DNA from: Paramoeba atlantica
Taxonomy: Eukaryota > Protista > Discosea
NCBI GenBank assembly: GCA_977017575.1
Contig: CDRNVI010000027.1
Coordinates: 62,001-126,000, forward strand
DNA length: 64,000 nt
Reading direction: 5' to 3'
Shown: positions 13,131-24,620 of the stretch, piece after piece
Numbering within the stretch: position 1 is the first letter of the stretch
How the letters are laid out: the number at the start of each line of letters is the position of its first letter
The notes under the pieces: model-generated
Seen by the model: only the letters and a program-made list of their open reading frames with translations
Told to the model about the DNA's origin: nothing
Databases searched by the model: none
Position numbers and translations under genes: made by a program

Positions 13131-14265
13131 ATCTTGGCTACGTCTACCGACGCGCAAGGGTGGACTGGGAATCACCCCCATCGAACCACTACGTGAATCT
13201 TCGTACAGCGCTTCAAAATTTGCTGCTCTTGAGCATCGAAAACCCTCTTCAGCTCGGGCAACCCAAACGATGAATGCGCCAACTCCGGTTGATGGTGATT
13301 CTCGCGACCCCTACATCAATTTCGATGAGCAAGCTAGTGAAGCAAAATACCACAACAAGGTCCGTCAAGCCTTAATAGAGGAAAAAACACTTGCGCCCAT
13401 CATCAAACTAGCGTCTCACAAGGGTCAATACGCTTGGCTCACATCCAAAGCTCGTCTAGTGCCTAGTTCAGCATTCAAATTATCGATTATGCCGAGATTC
13501 GCACTACACCACCCACAAATCCCGGACGATGTTCAATGCCCTGGGTGCAAAAGTCTCCTTACGTCATCTACCATACTAAATCATATCCCTGGGTGCGCAA
13601 AATGTGCAGGAGTAAATGTGACAACCAAACACCACGCCTTAGTTCGGTACATCTATGAGCTTTGCTTGAAGAGCGGCCTCACCTGTGAAAAAGAACCTCG
13701 GCAATTTTCTTCATTTCAGTGCTCCGGATGCCAGAATAGTGTAACCGAGGAAAATCTCACAGAACACCAGCGCAGCTGTCGCGGCAGTGTCCGCAGATCT
13801 GGGCCCGACCTTATGATCTACTGGGCAGACGGTCCGATGTATTATGACCTAACTGTAGTTCACGAGTTTTCAGCAGCTCACATAAACAAAACGCCTCAAA
13901 AAATGATGAACGAAGTCATCACGAAGAAACGCGACCGTTACGTAACTTCTGGGATGATTGCGAATGATCGTTTCATGTGTATCCCTGTCCTTTCGGGTGG
14001 AGCGCTACATAAGCATACAAAACGTCTATTAACAGCTTTAGCAGATCGTTGCCTTATTTCACGGCAACATATATTAGAAGACTTTGCCCTGTACCTCCAA
14101 GAACTGAACGGGAACATAGTTCTGTTGCAGATGCAAAAATATTTAACTCCCGACAAGGAAGAACAATACACCATATAAGTTCAGACAGTGGACCAAAAGA
14201 GATGATCTCCCTCTCGTTTTTAATCAGACAGGAAAATGCATGTTTGTTCTGCTATTAAAGCTAGT
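13131..14265 (+). pseudogene. 3' part of family B element (copy of 3205..5766; its upstream part is 10619-10979)
   Basis: ORF 13270..14178 matches the C-terminal 302 aa of the 3205 ORF except one residue. Confidence 0.92.
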
Positions 14266-15412
14266 TTACATGTAAAGGCCGACCCCCCTTCTATAGTAAA
14301 CTCGGCCCCCATGATCATCTATACATCGAAAATATTCTGGTTCCAGACCTTTTCCCACTATATAAGATGTACATTTATAGAGCAACAAGAACTCTCAAAA
14401 CAAGATCGAACCCCCATACGAGCAGAACTACGTGCTTTTCTACAAGCCTTGACAATCGGACATCAACAAGAAGGAGACTTCGTGGTGCATGTAGACTCCG
14501 AGCACGTATGGCAGTTTTGGCATCGACATCGCATCAGTTTTCAACTAGATGGTTATACAACACTCGAAAATGCGGATCTATTAAAGAAAATTGGTGATAA
14601 GGCGCAATGTATACTTGAGACGGCAAATGTTTGTTTGTTTGTTTGTTTTTCAGGTAAAAACCCCGTAGACGGGGTGTTGCCTCCTCGGAGAGAGCCGAAG
14701 GTAGCTCCGACCCGCACGACCCATGCGCAGACCTAAAAGGATTGCAGCACAGAGCCAATGCAAGCCGATCCAGCTAACGCGCAGACTGAAAGTCCGCTGC
14801 GGGAAGCTGGATTAGCTAGGAGAGTGGGGTTCGCCACACCCCGACACTGGAAAAAAGCAGTGCTCCTTGACCCCTTGCCTGCTTGCTGGCATAGTTTGGG
14901 AGTGTCGACTCTCAGCTTCAACGGTTTTAGCACCTCAGCTTCAACGGACCAAGTCTTCTAGGGTGGTATCCCCTCGAGCGGACTGGCTCCTCAGCTTCAA
15001 CAGGCCAAACCTCAGCTTCAACAAGCTCGTATCTCTCCAAATTGTTACCCTAGCCCCGTTATCATGGGCTAGTTGCAAGCCGCAGAAAGAAAGAAAAAAG
15101 AAAAGAAAAGCGTGAATGACGCCTACCCTAGTTTTTTAGTACCTTGTTATATTCGGTACCGGGCGGCGCCATTCTTCGAGATGCAGCGTGAGGGGGTAGC
15201 AGAGGGGATGAAGGGAAAGAGTGGGAAGGGAAAGAGTGGCGCAGGTGGGAGCAGGGAGGGAGGGGGAATAGGCGGCGAAGGGGACGGCGCAGTGGGTGGG
15301 GGGGCGAAAAGCGGCGCGGCAGAGCGATGCAGGGGGCAACAGAGGGCGACCAAGGGGGTGGCGAGGGGTGGGCGAAGGCAACGAAGAAAAAAAAAGAAAA
15401 AAACAGCGGCGT

Positions 15413-15467
15413 TAACGATAAAGCTACAGTTTCTGTACCTTGTTGATACAGTTTCTGTACCTTGTTG
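15413..15467 (+). other. Tandem spliced-leader copy heading an LsmAD-element stub (ATG 15500, truncated at about 15612)
   Basis: 33-nt SL, 22-nt relict, 32-nt UTR, then MVLTRSKAKQ...GSWDQFQANKDLVKG. Confidence 0.9.
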
Positions 15468-17167
15468 AGCAATTCTTTTCTTAATCTTTCTCACGTTCCA
15501 TGGTTCTAACTCGCTCTAAAGCAAAACAGGAATCCAACTTTGATCGCGAAGCGGGCGCGCACAAGCTCGGTTCATGGGACCAGTTTCAGGCAAACAAAGA
15601 CCTGGTGAAAGGCGACACTGAAAAGATAATGCGGGAATCAATCCGGATGCGACGTACGTTGCTTGCTTCCGTTTAATGGCTTCATTAATGAGGCGTCCAC
15701 ATTTTTGTTGAATTCGCGACGGCGCTAGCTCATGAATGACGGTCAGATCGTAGTAGATTTCTCCGCTTTGCCAATGGATAACCAAATCAGGCCCATTGCG
15801 ATGAGTCTGTCTACCAGCACACACTTTCGAGTGGTTGTAGCTTGTTTCTTCGGTGATGGGTGCTTTCTGTACCTTGTTTTTTTTTTTTTGATTTAATCGC
15901 TATGACACGCCTTGCCCACGCACGCCTTGCTCGAGCAGACTCTCAGACATCGAAAGGCTTGGGCCTGAAAACAGGTAGACTAAAAGTGAAATCACGAATG
16001 CAAGACAAGAGGGGCCAAGAGAACAGTGAGAAAAAGTGCATAGTCAATGACGTTTCGGGTGACACTTTTGATGAGACTATTCCCCCCACCACGACAAAGA
16101 CGCGCATACCTCGAATAAAAGCATCTACCCCCCCACCGACCAAACCGAAGAAAACGCCACGCATCAGAATCGTCGGAGGAGAACCTCTTCTTTCAAAGAT
16201 TTGGGCAGACCACGGGACTGACCAGGCCAATTACCTCCAGGGAAACCAGAACTCCGAAGAAGGATCTGTAGCACTGCCAAAAGATTGGGCTGGCCATGGC
16301 GAACAACACGGCGAGCATTCCGACAATATCATTAAAATCAAGCCTAAAACTTTTCGATTCACGCCTTCAAACGCCCAATCAGCCTGCGACCCACAACAAA
16401 CAAAAACGTCGGATATCGAAACGACTCAAGACTCAAGACTGATCCAGCGCGATATCGAAAATGATGAGCAACTCTCTGAAGATTAAAGTGACGAGATGTC
16501 CCTTTACAGCGATTGTGGGGCCATCGAAGAGCTTGCAAATCGGGGCGCCGTTTCCAAAGCACCGGATCATGTGCACAATGTCGTAGCAAAGTGGGGTAAA
16601 GGCACATCTTGCATAATCGAATGGGGATTCCGTCAGGAAACGACAAACTACGTATCGAAGGGAGTCGTCGTAGGCAGAACATCTCGCAAAGGACTAATAA
16701 AAATCAAGATTTCATATGCACCAGCCCAAGGCAGCGAAGGTTCAAGTGGATTCCTTTACCTTCCGCAGACAAGCAAAATCAGAATCTGTTCCATATTTTT
16801 TTTTCTTTTTTTTTTTGAATTATAATATTGAAATTCAATATTCGGTATTATGATAGTTTCTTGATATATTTTTTTTACTACCATTGCCGCGAACTTGTAC
16901 CCAGCCGTGTTAGCCTCTTCCCGTTGTCTTTTTTTTTGCACAAACATAGTTCAACAACAACAACAACAACACTGATATAATCAGTTAAGGGGTTAATATT
17001 TTCCCTTGAACATCTTCACACCTTAGATTAAAAAGTTTTCTGTTCTGGCGCTACCCCCCATTATGATGGGGAGGTAAAAAAACTAAGAGTTTACGCGTCT
17101 TTGTAAGCTCTATATCTAAATCTGTGTAGTATTGATATAAGAAATATCTCATCGTATGTTCATAGTA

Positions 17168-18800
17168 TTAAATTGCCTTTTGAGACGCTTCTGTATCTAC
17201 TGCTAAGAACTTTCGCAGTTGAGCATAAATTTGTGACTCATTTAGCTCTTGTAGCAATAGTTTAAATGATAAGATGGCATTGTTCCTGTCCGTAAGCGAC
17301 GCATCTGCAAGTTCGTGAATCAGGTTTAACGTGTTCGCGTGGAGTGACCCAGAGGAGAGCACCGGTAGGCAAAGAAACGACTCTTCGGATATCATACCTG
17401 ATCGGACATACGTTTCTATTTTACGTTCAGTCGCTTCTTTCATCAGTTGTCCTGGATGGCTCTTCGCGTGTGTGGCTGCCAATTCGTGAATCACGGTTAA
17501 GTCGTAGAAAACAGCTCCCGTATTCCAGTATATGACGATATCTGGTCCTGAGCGGTGATAATTTTTGCCACTGCATGTTTTATGGTGCAATTGATGATTA
17601 TCTTGGTCAACGGTTCGTTTGCATGTGAGGCATGTCCATGTGCTGAAATGTCGTGGCTCTCTTTCACAGGGGATCCCCGTTTTGATGCATAGATCATAGA
17701 TATACTTTACGAGGGCGTTATGTTTCGATGTCGCGTTAAAGCCTGGGCATTGCACACAGCCTGGGATATGTATCAGGGCGCTTCGTCCGTCCAGTATTTT
17801 CCGGCACCCGGGACACAATAAATTCTGTGGGATTTTCGGATGTGAGATTCCAAGCCGAGGCATTACGGATAAAGAGAAGACATGTGGTGATACGTATCGT
17901 GTCGCAGCTGTAATCCAGTCGTAACTACCTTTCCTGGACGTGTTTTTAAGAATCGAATTCATGTGAGGACCCTGATTTAGTTTTTGCCAAGCTTTTTCGT
18001 GTAGTTTTGCAGCTGTCGTGATCTCGTCTTCCGGTGGAATTTGTTGCTCGTTGCTGACTTGCATTTGCCCTGATATGCCACTTTGAGCTGTAGAAGGCTT
18101 TTGGCGCCCAAAGATCGCATATCGAGACGATTTGTAAGCAGCTTCCCGCGTGGGTTTGCACGCGGTGAGCCCCAAACCACCTTTCTTAAGGGGTGATCTA
18201 GCAAGCTCAATTTGTTGTGTCCGAAGCTTGCCCAACCACGATTCCAACACTGCCTCAACGTTCTTATCAAATCTCTCAGATACGCGCTCGGTGGCGTCAG
18301 GGTGATGTACTCTCATTTGATATTGCTGTCGCACGTTGACGCATTTTGTTAGTAAGCTGAGCGAAACATTGGACATTCCCATTGTTTTTAGACGACGAAA
18401 AATATTGTCATGCCCTTCGAGTGTATGAACTAGGCATTTGTCTACGTTGTCAGTATCCCCTATGAAGGCTCCTAAAATCTTAGTTGCGTCATCTTCTGTT
18501 TGCACTCCTTCCTTTCTAAGTGTCTGCGGAATGGTCTTCTTGTAGATTCCACCGAACCAGACGCATTTCTCGGTTGATAATTCTAAACGTTTCTCCGTCA
18601 ATAGTTCTCTCAGGCTTGTAAATGCGTTTGCAAGCATTTCTGGATTTTTAGAAGCGAGGGTAATATCATCAGTGAATGCGTTGACCGTGACCTCTGGAAA
18701 CTCATGCGCTATTCTTTCGAGTATGGGTTGTAGGTAGGCGCAAAAGTAGAGAGTAGCCAAAGGAGATCCTTGTCTTAACCCCGCAGTGCTGGGTATCGCC
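17168..18800 (-). pseudogene. 5'-truncated family B element (RT palm, thumb, knuckle, RLE)
   Basis: GLRQGSPLAT (about 18780), NAFTDD, SGPDIVIYW...FYDLTV; open 530 aa to stop at 17168. Confidence 0.9.
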
Positions 18801-18986
18801 TCAACGAACCTACCTTTTTTTTTGATTTAATCGCTATGACACGCCTTGCCCACGCACGCCTTGCTCCTTTACCACGAACGCCCAGCTGCTTGCTCCTTTA
18901 CCACACTTTTTAGTATTTTTTTTTTGTGGTTTAATAGGGGGGAAGAGTATGAGTTCTAACTTTCTATGAATGTACGGTATCAGTTC

Positions 18987-21900
18987 TTTTTTTTTTTTTT
19001 TTCAAATTTATCTCTATAAATCAATCTACAACAAATCACTCTATTTAACGAAACCAAACCAAAGAAAAGAAAAAGAAAAAAAAATTGCATCACCCTCTAA
19101 TTCAGGAGCAGAGGTGGATCCGGGTCATCTTCTGCCATCCGCGCCACCATCATACGAGCCTGAGCTCGCATTAAAGTGACATTCAAGTCACGGATGAGAT
19201 TTGCCGTCGCCGTTCCCCTGTCCATCGTCCCTTGGGACGTAGCAGAGCGCCACGCTCCAACCTTCTTAAGCACAGCGAGGGCGCTGTCGGACCACGAGCC
19301 ATAGGAGCCTACGACCATGGCCGCGAAGTCGTGCCCAGCAGTCTCGGCGTCCCGTCGCTGCACCTGCTTATGGCTTGTGGCATAGCTCTCGGCGAATGAT
19401 CCCGCCGTCACCCCGTTAGCGTTACGGACGAGGTCCGCGTATTTGGGTTGCTGAACGTGGGTAACGGCGAAATCAAGCACCAGAGACTTGCCTAAGCCAA
19501 TGCTGGGCAAAACGACATCACCAGGCCTCGTGGGCGCTCCAGCGGGACCGCGATTGCCAAGACTTACCTCCCGTTGGGGGGCGAGGTGCGCCTTACTGCA
19601 GAAATCGACAAATTGACACGCCAGCGCGTTGTGGCGCGTCATGATGCCATGTCCACACTTACAGGACACGGCATGGTCGCCTTTTGGTCCCAACGGTTGC
19701 TGACACCTCCCCATAGGACAGGGCCGCGTTCCGGGGTAAATGTCTGCTCCCAACCACCAGCGGGACAAGGCGCGAAACTCAGTAGGAGTGTAAGAGTATC
19801 CTCTCTCCTTGGAGGGAATAACGAATGCCCAACTCGCGGCCCCTCTCCCAGTTTGCGAAATCAAACGTGCGCGTGTGTTGAAGTCTGCTGCCTCATATGC
19901 TGAAGAAAATTCCCGGTCGCCTATCTCGCGACAAAGGTGTTTCTGTCGCGGGATAATCAGCTTTTCATTCATCCCGGCATCTAGGCTGTGATCATGGTGT
20001 GCATTGAGAGGTTTGGTTGATGCGTTATAATCTTTGTGGATTAGTGCCTCCTGTATTTTGCCGGTTGTCGAATCCACCAAAGTCTTTCCCGCCTGGCGGT
20101 TAACACGCTCCACTGCCTCGGAAAACCATTTCGCCTCGTACGGTGCCCAGTCATCTTGAGAACCCGCAAAGGCTGCTGAAGAGACATAAGCTGCAGATGA
20201 ATGTATAACGGAGGATCTTAGGCCAAAACCACCGTGTCTCTTGTCGCGTTGGATTTGTGCTCGTGCCGGGGCGTCTAGAGGACAGAGTATAAGCTCCGTA
20301 GCGCGGAGCACGGCGTTATCAAGCCTCTGACAGAGGTCTACCATGTATTTTGGTGGCGTTGTGCGGAGGGAGTAGACTAATTGGCAAAAGCCAGCGCAGT
20401 GGCGAATTAGCGTGAGGGCTACCTGTGGGTCTTCTAGTATGCCTATCGCCTTTAGAGTTGCTTCCGCAGGTTCGATCGCAAACTCACGTAGGTATTCAAT
20501 ACAGAACTCTTCTGACCCTACTGGGCTACCCAAAATGCTAAAGTTTCCTTCGTGATTTTTCATTCTGGCTGGGATGGTAGTGAATGAGTCCGTGCAACGC
20601 GAGGATACCGGATGAGATATTATCTCGCATTTACTCGCATTAAGATGGAGCCCCCACTGAGGTCCCGCACATGCTATAGCATCCAACGCCCTCCGTACGC
20701 TGTCGGATTTTCCGGCTAAAACACCGTCATCGAGATACCAAAGGTGCAAGAGGAGTCCGCTGGGCACTTCATTCTCGATCAGTTCAGTAATCTCTCGCAG
20801 AACCATGGAGAAAAGGAGGGGCCCTAAAGGGTCCCCCTGTTGAACTCCTTCGGTGGAGGCAACTGTTTGAGAACCATATGTGAGTGCGCTATCGGTGGCG
20901 TAGCACCAATTTATCCAAGGAGTCAACTCGGGGAAGTGCTTTTCTGATAGGGATATGAACGCCGCCCTGGAAACCGTATTGAATGCGTTACGAAGGTCCA
21001 CCTTGCATAAGACAAATTCTGGGTCATTCTTTGTGGACTCCACCACTTGGCGGCAGAGGTGGATAACCCTTTCGGATCCAGATGCCGTTGCCACACCATA
21101 TTGACGTCCTTGGAAAAGTGTGCTAGCTTTGGACTTTACAACAGAGCAGGCAGCCTTGCTGACCATGCGGCGCAACGTTTCCCCTGCTGCGATAGGTCTT
21201 ACATCATTTTGCCCTTTCTGCAATGCACACAATCGAGCCCCTGCGTAATATTTTTGTGCTTCAACTGGAGCCTTACCGGCGAGTAGGTGATTGGCAAGCT
21301 TTGTGAGACTCTCGAGGGGATGAACATCCGTGTCAGTTCCAGCGAATAATGCCGCTTGTATGTGTTCCGCTCGTAGCGCCATGGTTCCACCTGAGGAGCC
21401 CCTGTTAAAGCTTTGGATCGCCTTTCGTACATCATCCTCATTGACAGTCAAGGAAATGATTTCGTTGGAGGACGGTGCGCTTTGGCGTAGTGGACCGAAC
21501 AGCCGGCTCGGGTGCTTGTTGACTAGTTTGTTATATGTCTCCTCATTGTCGGGTGCCATTGGCGCCGAAGTGAGTGCAGCTATTCCTCGAGAAACTTCTC
21601 CTTGACGGACCAGTAGTTCGGAGCGAATCGCTTTCTTTTCCTCATCCAGTAGTGTACCTGCTCCGGATCCTTGCTTCCTCTTCTTCTGGTGTTCAAGTAC
21701 AGCTTCTTTTCACAGGGCTGAATATTCGTGTGCTTCCCAGCGATCCAGACATTTCCGCACGTGGGAGGCGTACGAGCTATTTCCCTTTCGTCCTCTTCTA
21801 TGCGGGGCTGGAAGGACACATTTCGGAAGCATCGCTAGTCGTGTCCATGCAGCGACGGTGTTCTCCCTCTCGGCTGTTGCGACGGTGGCTGTTAGGACCG

Positions 21901-23235
21901 TAGCCCACTGGCGTCGGCATCGGAAAGGAACGTCTTTGGACGTGGTCATAGGTGTTGTACAGACGGTTCTTAGGCTAGGGAAACATGGTGGGTCTATAGT
22001 GGGCGGTAAGCTAGATTCCTCTGGCGTCTCTGAAGGGTACGCGGGGTCAGGAAGATCTGTTGTTGGTGATGGCTGTGTGGGAGGTGGGTCCGCCCCGTAG
22101 CATTGAATTGAATGGGCTTCCTTCTTGGTCAACACAAAATGTTTGTTGCACACCGTGCAAAGAAATCTGCCTTCACGTGCCCACCACTCTAGCGGTATGC
22201 CTTCGGCGTGTCGGGAGGCCACATGATTATAAAAAGCCTGCCATTTGCCGCCGTGGGATTGTGCGGACCACGCACATCCGTCTGCCGGACAGTACCGACG
22301 TTCCGGGAGGGGCGGGTCCCCCGCAGAATGAAGAGGTGGCACGACAGCTTCCGTTGCAGGACCAGCTAGAGTCACAGCGCGGTGAGGGTCGCATAGTAGG
22401 GTCTCCTGAGTTGAGTCAGTCTCGCCGGTTGGGGATACAGGAATCAATAACTCAAAGCTAGGAGGATTGCTCAAGGTAACAGAGAACGAGGTGGGGGGAG
22501 CAGGTTGCGGTGAGACACAATTTCGTTTACGTGTGCAGAGGTTTAGCGTCACAGGGGGGTCATGACCTGGTGCGGCAACGTCCTTGGAACGAAGTGAAAG
22601 CAGACCACGCGTTTTCAATATAATGCTCCCGACCAGGCATGCGACTGTCCAAGTCACCGCGCATCCTAGGGCGAGGACGTTCCCTACAATAACGCTAGTG
22701 TACTTTAGTATGAAGAAGACGATCGTCACCAGTACGTATGCAAACTGTATGTATGTGATGGGAACTGTCAATAGGCGCCTCCACTGCGCCGTGCGGGCTG
22801 GGGCGTGTGCATGCTTACAGCACTGGTGTCTGCACGTCGACTTTACCTTGCAGCTGTGGTGGCACGGTTTCGTGGACAGATTTTCCTGCGTCGCGTGTGG
22901 CCGCGTGAATTCCGTACCAGTGTTGAGACCGCGCTTGCAACAACTGTGTTTGCATGTCAGTTTGTTTTTACATATGTGTTTGCAAGGATTAGTGGAATCT
23001 TCGCGAGGGAGATCAGAAATTTTTACCGGTGAATCCGTCGGAGAAGTTTTTGCGTCGTGGGGGTTTGGAAGCAAGGAATCCTTCAGGGGGCGGTTCTTAT
23101 GTCCGCGGCACAAAGGTAAGGGTGGAGTTTCAATGTGTTGGCCCGAGCGTATGGCTACAGAGCGAGTCAACGCGACCATTTGGAGAGGATTAGGAAATAA
23201 ATCAACAAGGTACAGAAACTGTATCTTTATCGTTA
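18987..23235 (-). mobile_element. Full-length SL-headed family A (CRE-like) element with one in-frame nonsense codon; poly(A) at 18987-19002
   Basis: Full SL 23203-23235, ATG 23179. ORFs 21710..23179 and 19097..21559 are in frame, separated by TGA where paralogues have LWKEA. Motifs C2H2 fingers, GVQQGDPLGP, WYLDDG, RPGD...LDFAVT. Confidence 0.92.
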
Positions 23236-23396
23236 AAGACCCTGTTTTAGAACCCTGTTTTTTTTTTTACATTTGCCGTCTCAAGTATACATTGCGCCTT
23301 ATCACCTGTCGTGATCTCGTCTTCCGGAATATAGTTTTATAAGATAATAACTTGGTACCGAATGAGTAAACAGTTGCGTGGGTGACTGCTTTTTTT

Positions 23397-23818
23397 AGAG
23401 TTTACGGAAAGAATTGCTTGAATAAAATATTTATTCTTTGACCGTGGCCCTACGGGGCACATATACATATATGTACCTGATTTTGCCCCCTCCGGGGGGA
23501 ACCATGTAATTATACTTTTAGCATACTATACTATACATTATTTTACTCTAGTGACTTATAACCTTTTTCCACTCGCAAAAGGAAAGTTGCCCCACCCGCC
23601 ATCCCCCAAACCACTCCCCGCCGGGGAACTACCCATTCGCAAGAGAGATAAAGTTTGAATATTGTTTTGTGGACGTCCATATATTTTTTGTTATCATTAT
23701 AGTCAGGATAGAAAAGTTGAAAGACATGTAGTTATTTAGTTTTATTTACTTGATGAATATTATTTACTTAGGACAATTCTTTATATATTTTGTACAAAGA
23801 TTTTATGATGAGCAATTC
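23397..23818 (+). repeat. Solo A-spacer-B terminal remnant of YR subfamily 2
   Basis: Starts AGAGTTTACGGAAAGAATTG (cf. A repeat ATAGTTTACGGAGAGAATTG). Spacer at 23590-23615 resembles 44324-44349. Ends TATGATGAGCAATTC (cf. B end TATGATGCACAATTC). Confidence 0.75.
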
Positions 23819-23889
23819 TTTTTTTAAAAAAAAGATTGTAATAATAAAATCTTGTAATAATAACATCTTGTAATATGAGATGACCTGTT

Positions 23890-24240
23890 TTATTGCATTG
23901 TCTTTCGCAGTTGCGAAGCCAGGAGAGCTCCGTTCAATTCTTGAAGAAGCAACTTGAAGTCCTCAAGAATATGACGGCGTTCGAATCCGTTTGCATCCGC
24001 GAGGCTATGGAGGAAATTTATAGTGCTCTTGTTCATGGCACCACCTGTCAAAAGCGGTAGGCATACGAATTGCTCGCGCGGAATTAAATTGGAGTCCACA
24101 TATGTTGCGACTTTTTTTTTTGAGCCTCTTGTAATAGGTGACTCGCTTTTTTTCCCAAGTGTGATTTCGCAAGTTCGTTGACTACTGTGAGATCGTAATA
24201 AACTTCGCCTGTCGCCCAGAACACAACTAAGTCAGGTCCA
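23890..24240 (-). pseudogene. RLE C-terminal fragment, family B
   Basis: DLVVFWATGEVYYDLTV...CLPLLTGG...LLLQELNGALL*. Confidence 0.85.
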
Positions 24241-24248
24241 CTGCGGTG

Positions 24249-24540
24249 ATCCCTGTCCTTTCGGGTGGAGCGCTACATAAGCATACAAAACGTCTATTAA
24301 CAGCTTTAGCAGATCGTTGCCTTATTTCACGGCAACATATATTAGAAGACTTTACCCTGTACCTCCAAGAACTGAACGGGAACATAGTTCTGTCGCAGAT
24401 GCAAAAATATTTAACTCCCGACAAGGAAGAACAATACACCATATAAGTTCAGACAGTGAACCAAAAGAGATGATCTCCCTCTCGTTTTTAATCAGACAGG
24501 AAAATGCATGTTTGTTCTGCTATTAAAGCTAGTTTGCATG
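24249..24540 (+). pseudogene. 3' end and 3' UTR of the EQYTI subfamily B element
   Basis: Near-identical to 13981-14270 with a few substitutions. Confidence 0.9.
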
Positions 24541-24620
24541 CATTTCGAGATGTTTAAGGGAAAATATTAACCCCTTAACTAACCTTCGTCTAATAGAAAA
24601 AAATTAGTCAATTGAAGCAA

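Larger units (their letters stand above)
10619..17382. repeat. Right arm of the inverted duplication, interrupted by a 2.15-kb insertion at 10980-13130
   Basis: Reverse complement of 1-4600 once 10980-13130 (flanked by ATCTTGGC at 10972-10979 and 13131-13138) is removed. Confidence 0.93.

Noticed and set aside
15139-15148. 10-nt SL-like fragment GTACCTTGTT (mirror 2235-2244)
   Set aside because: Too short, lacks the terminal G and has no element start behind it.
21710-21712. In-frame TGA at a conserved Trp suggesting UGA=Trp recoding
   Set aside because: Single case; other Trp codons checked are TGG, and TGA terminates the gag at 29127. A TGG>TGA nonsense change is simpler.
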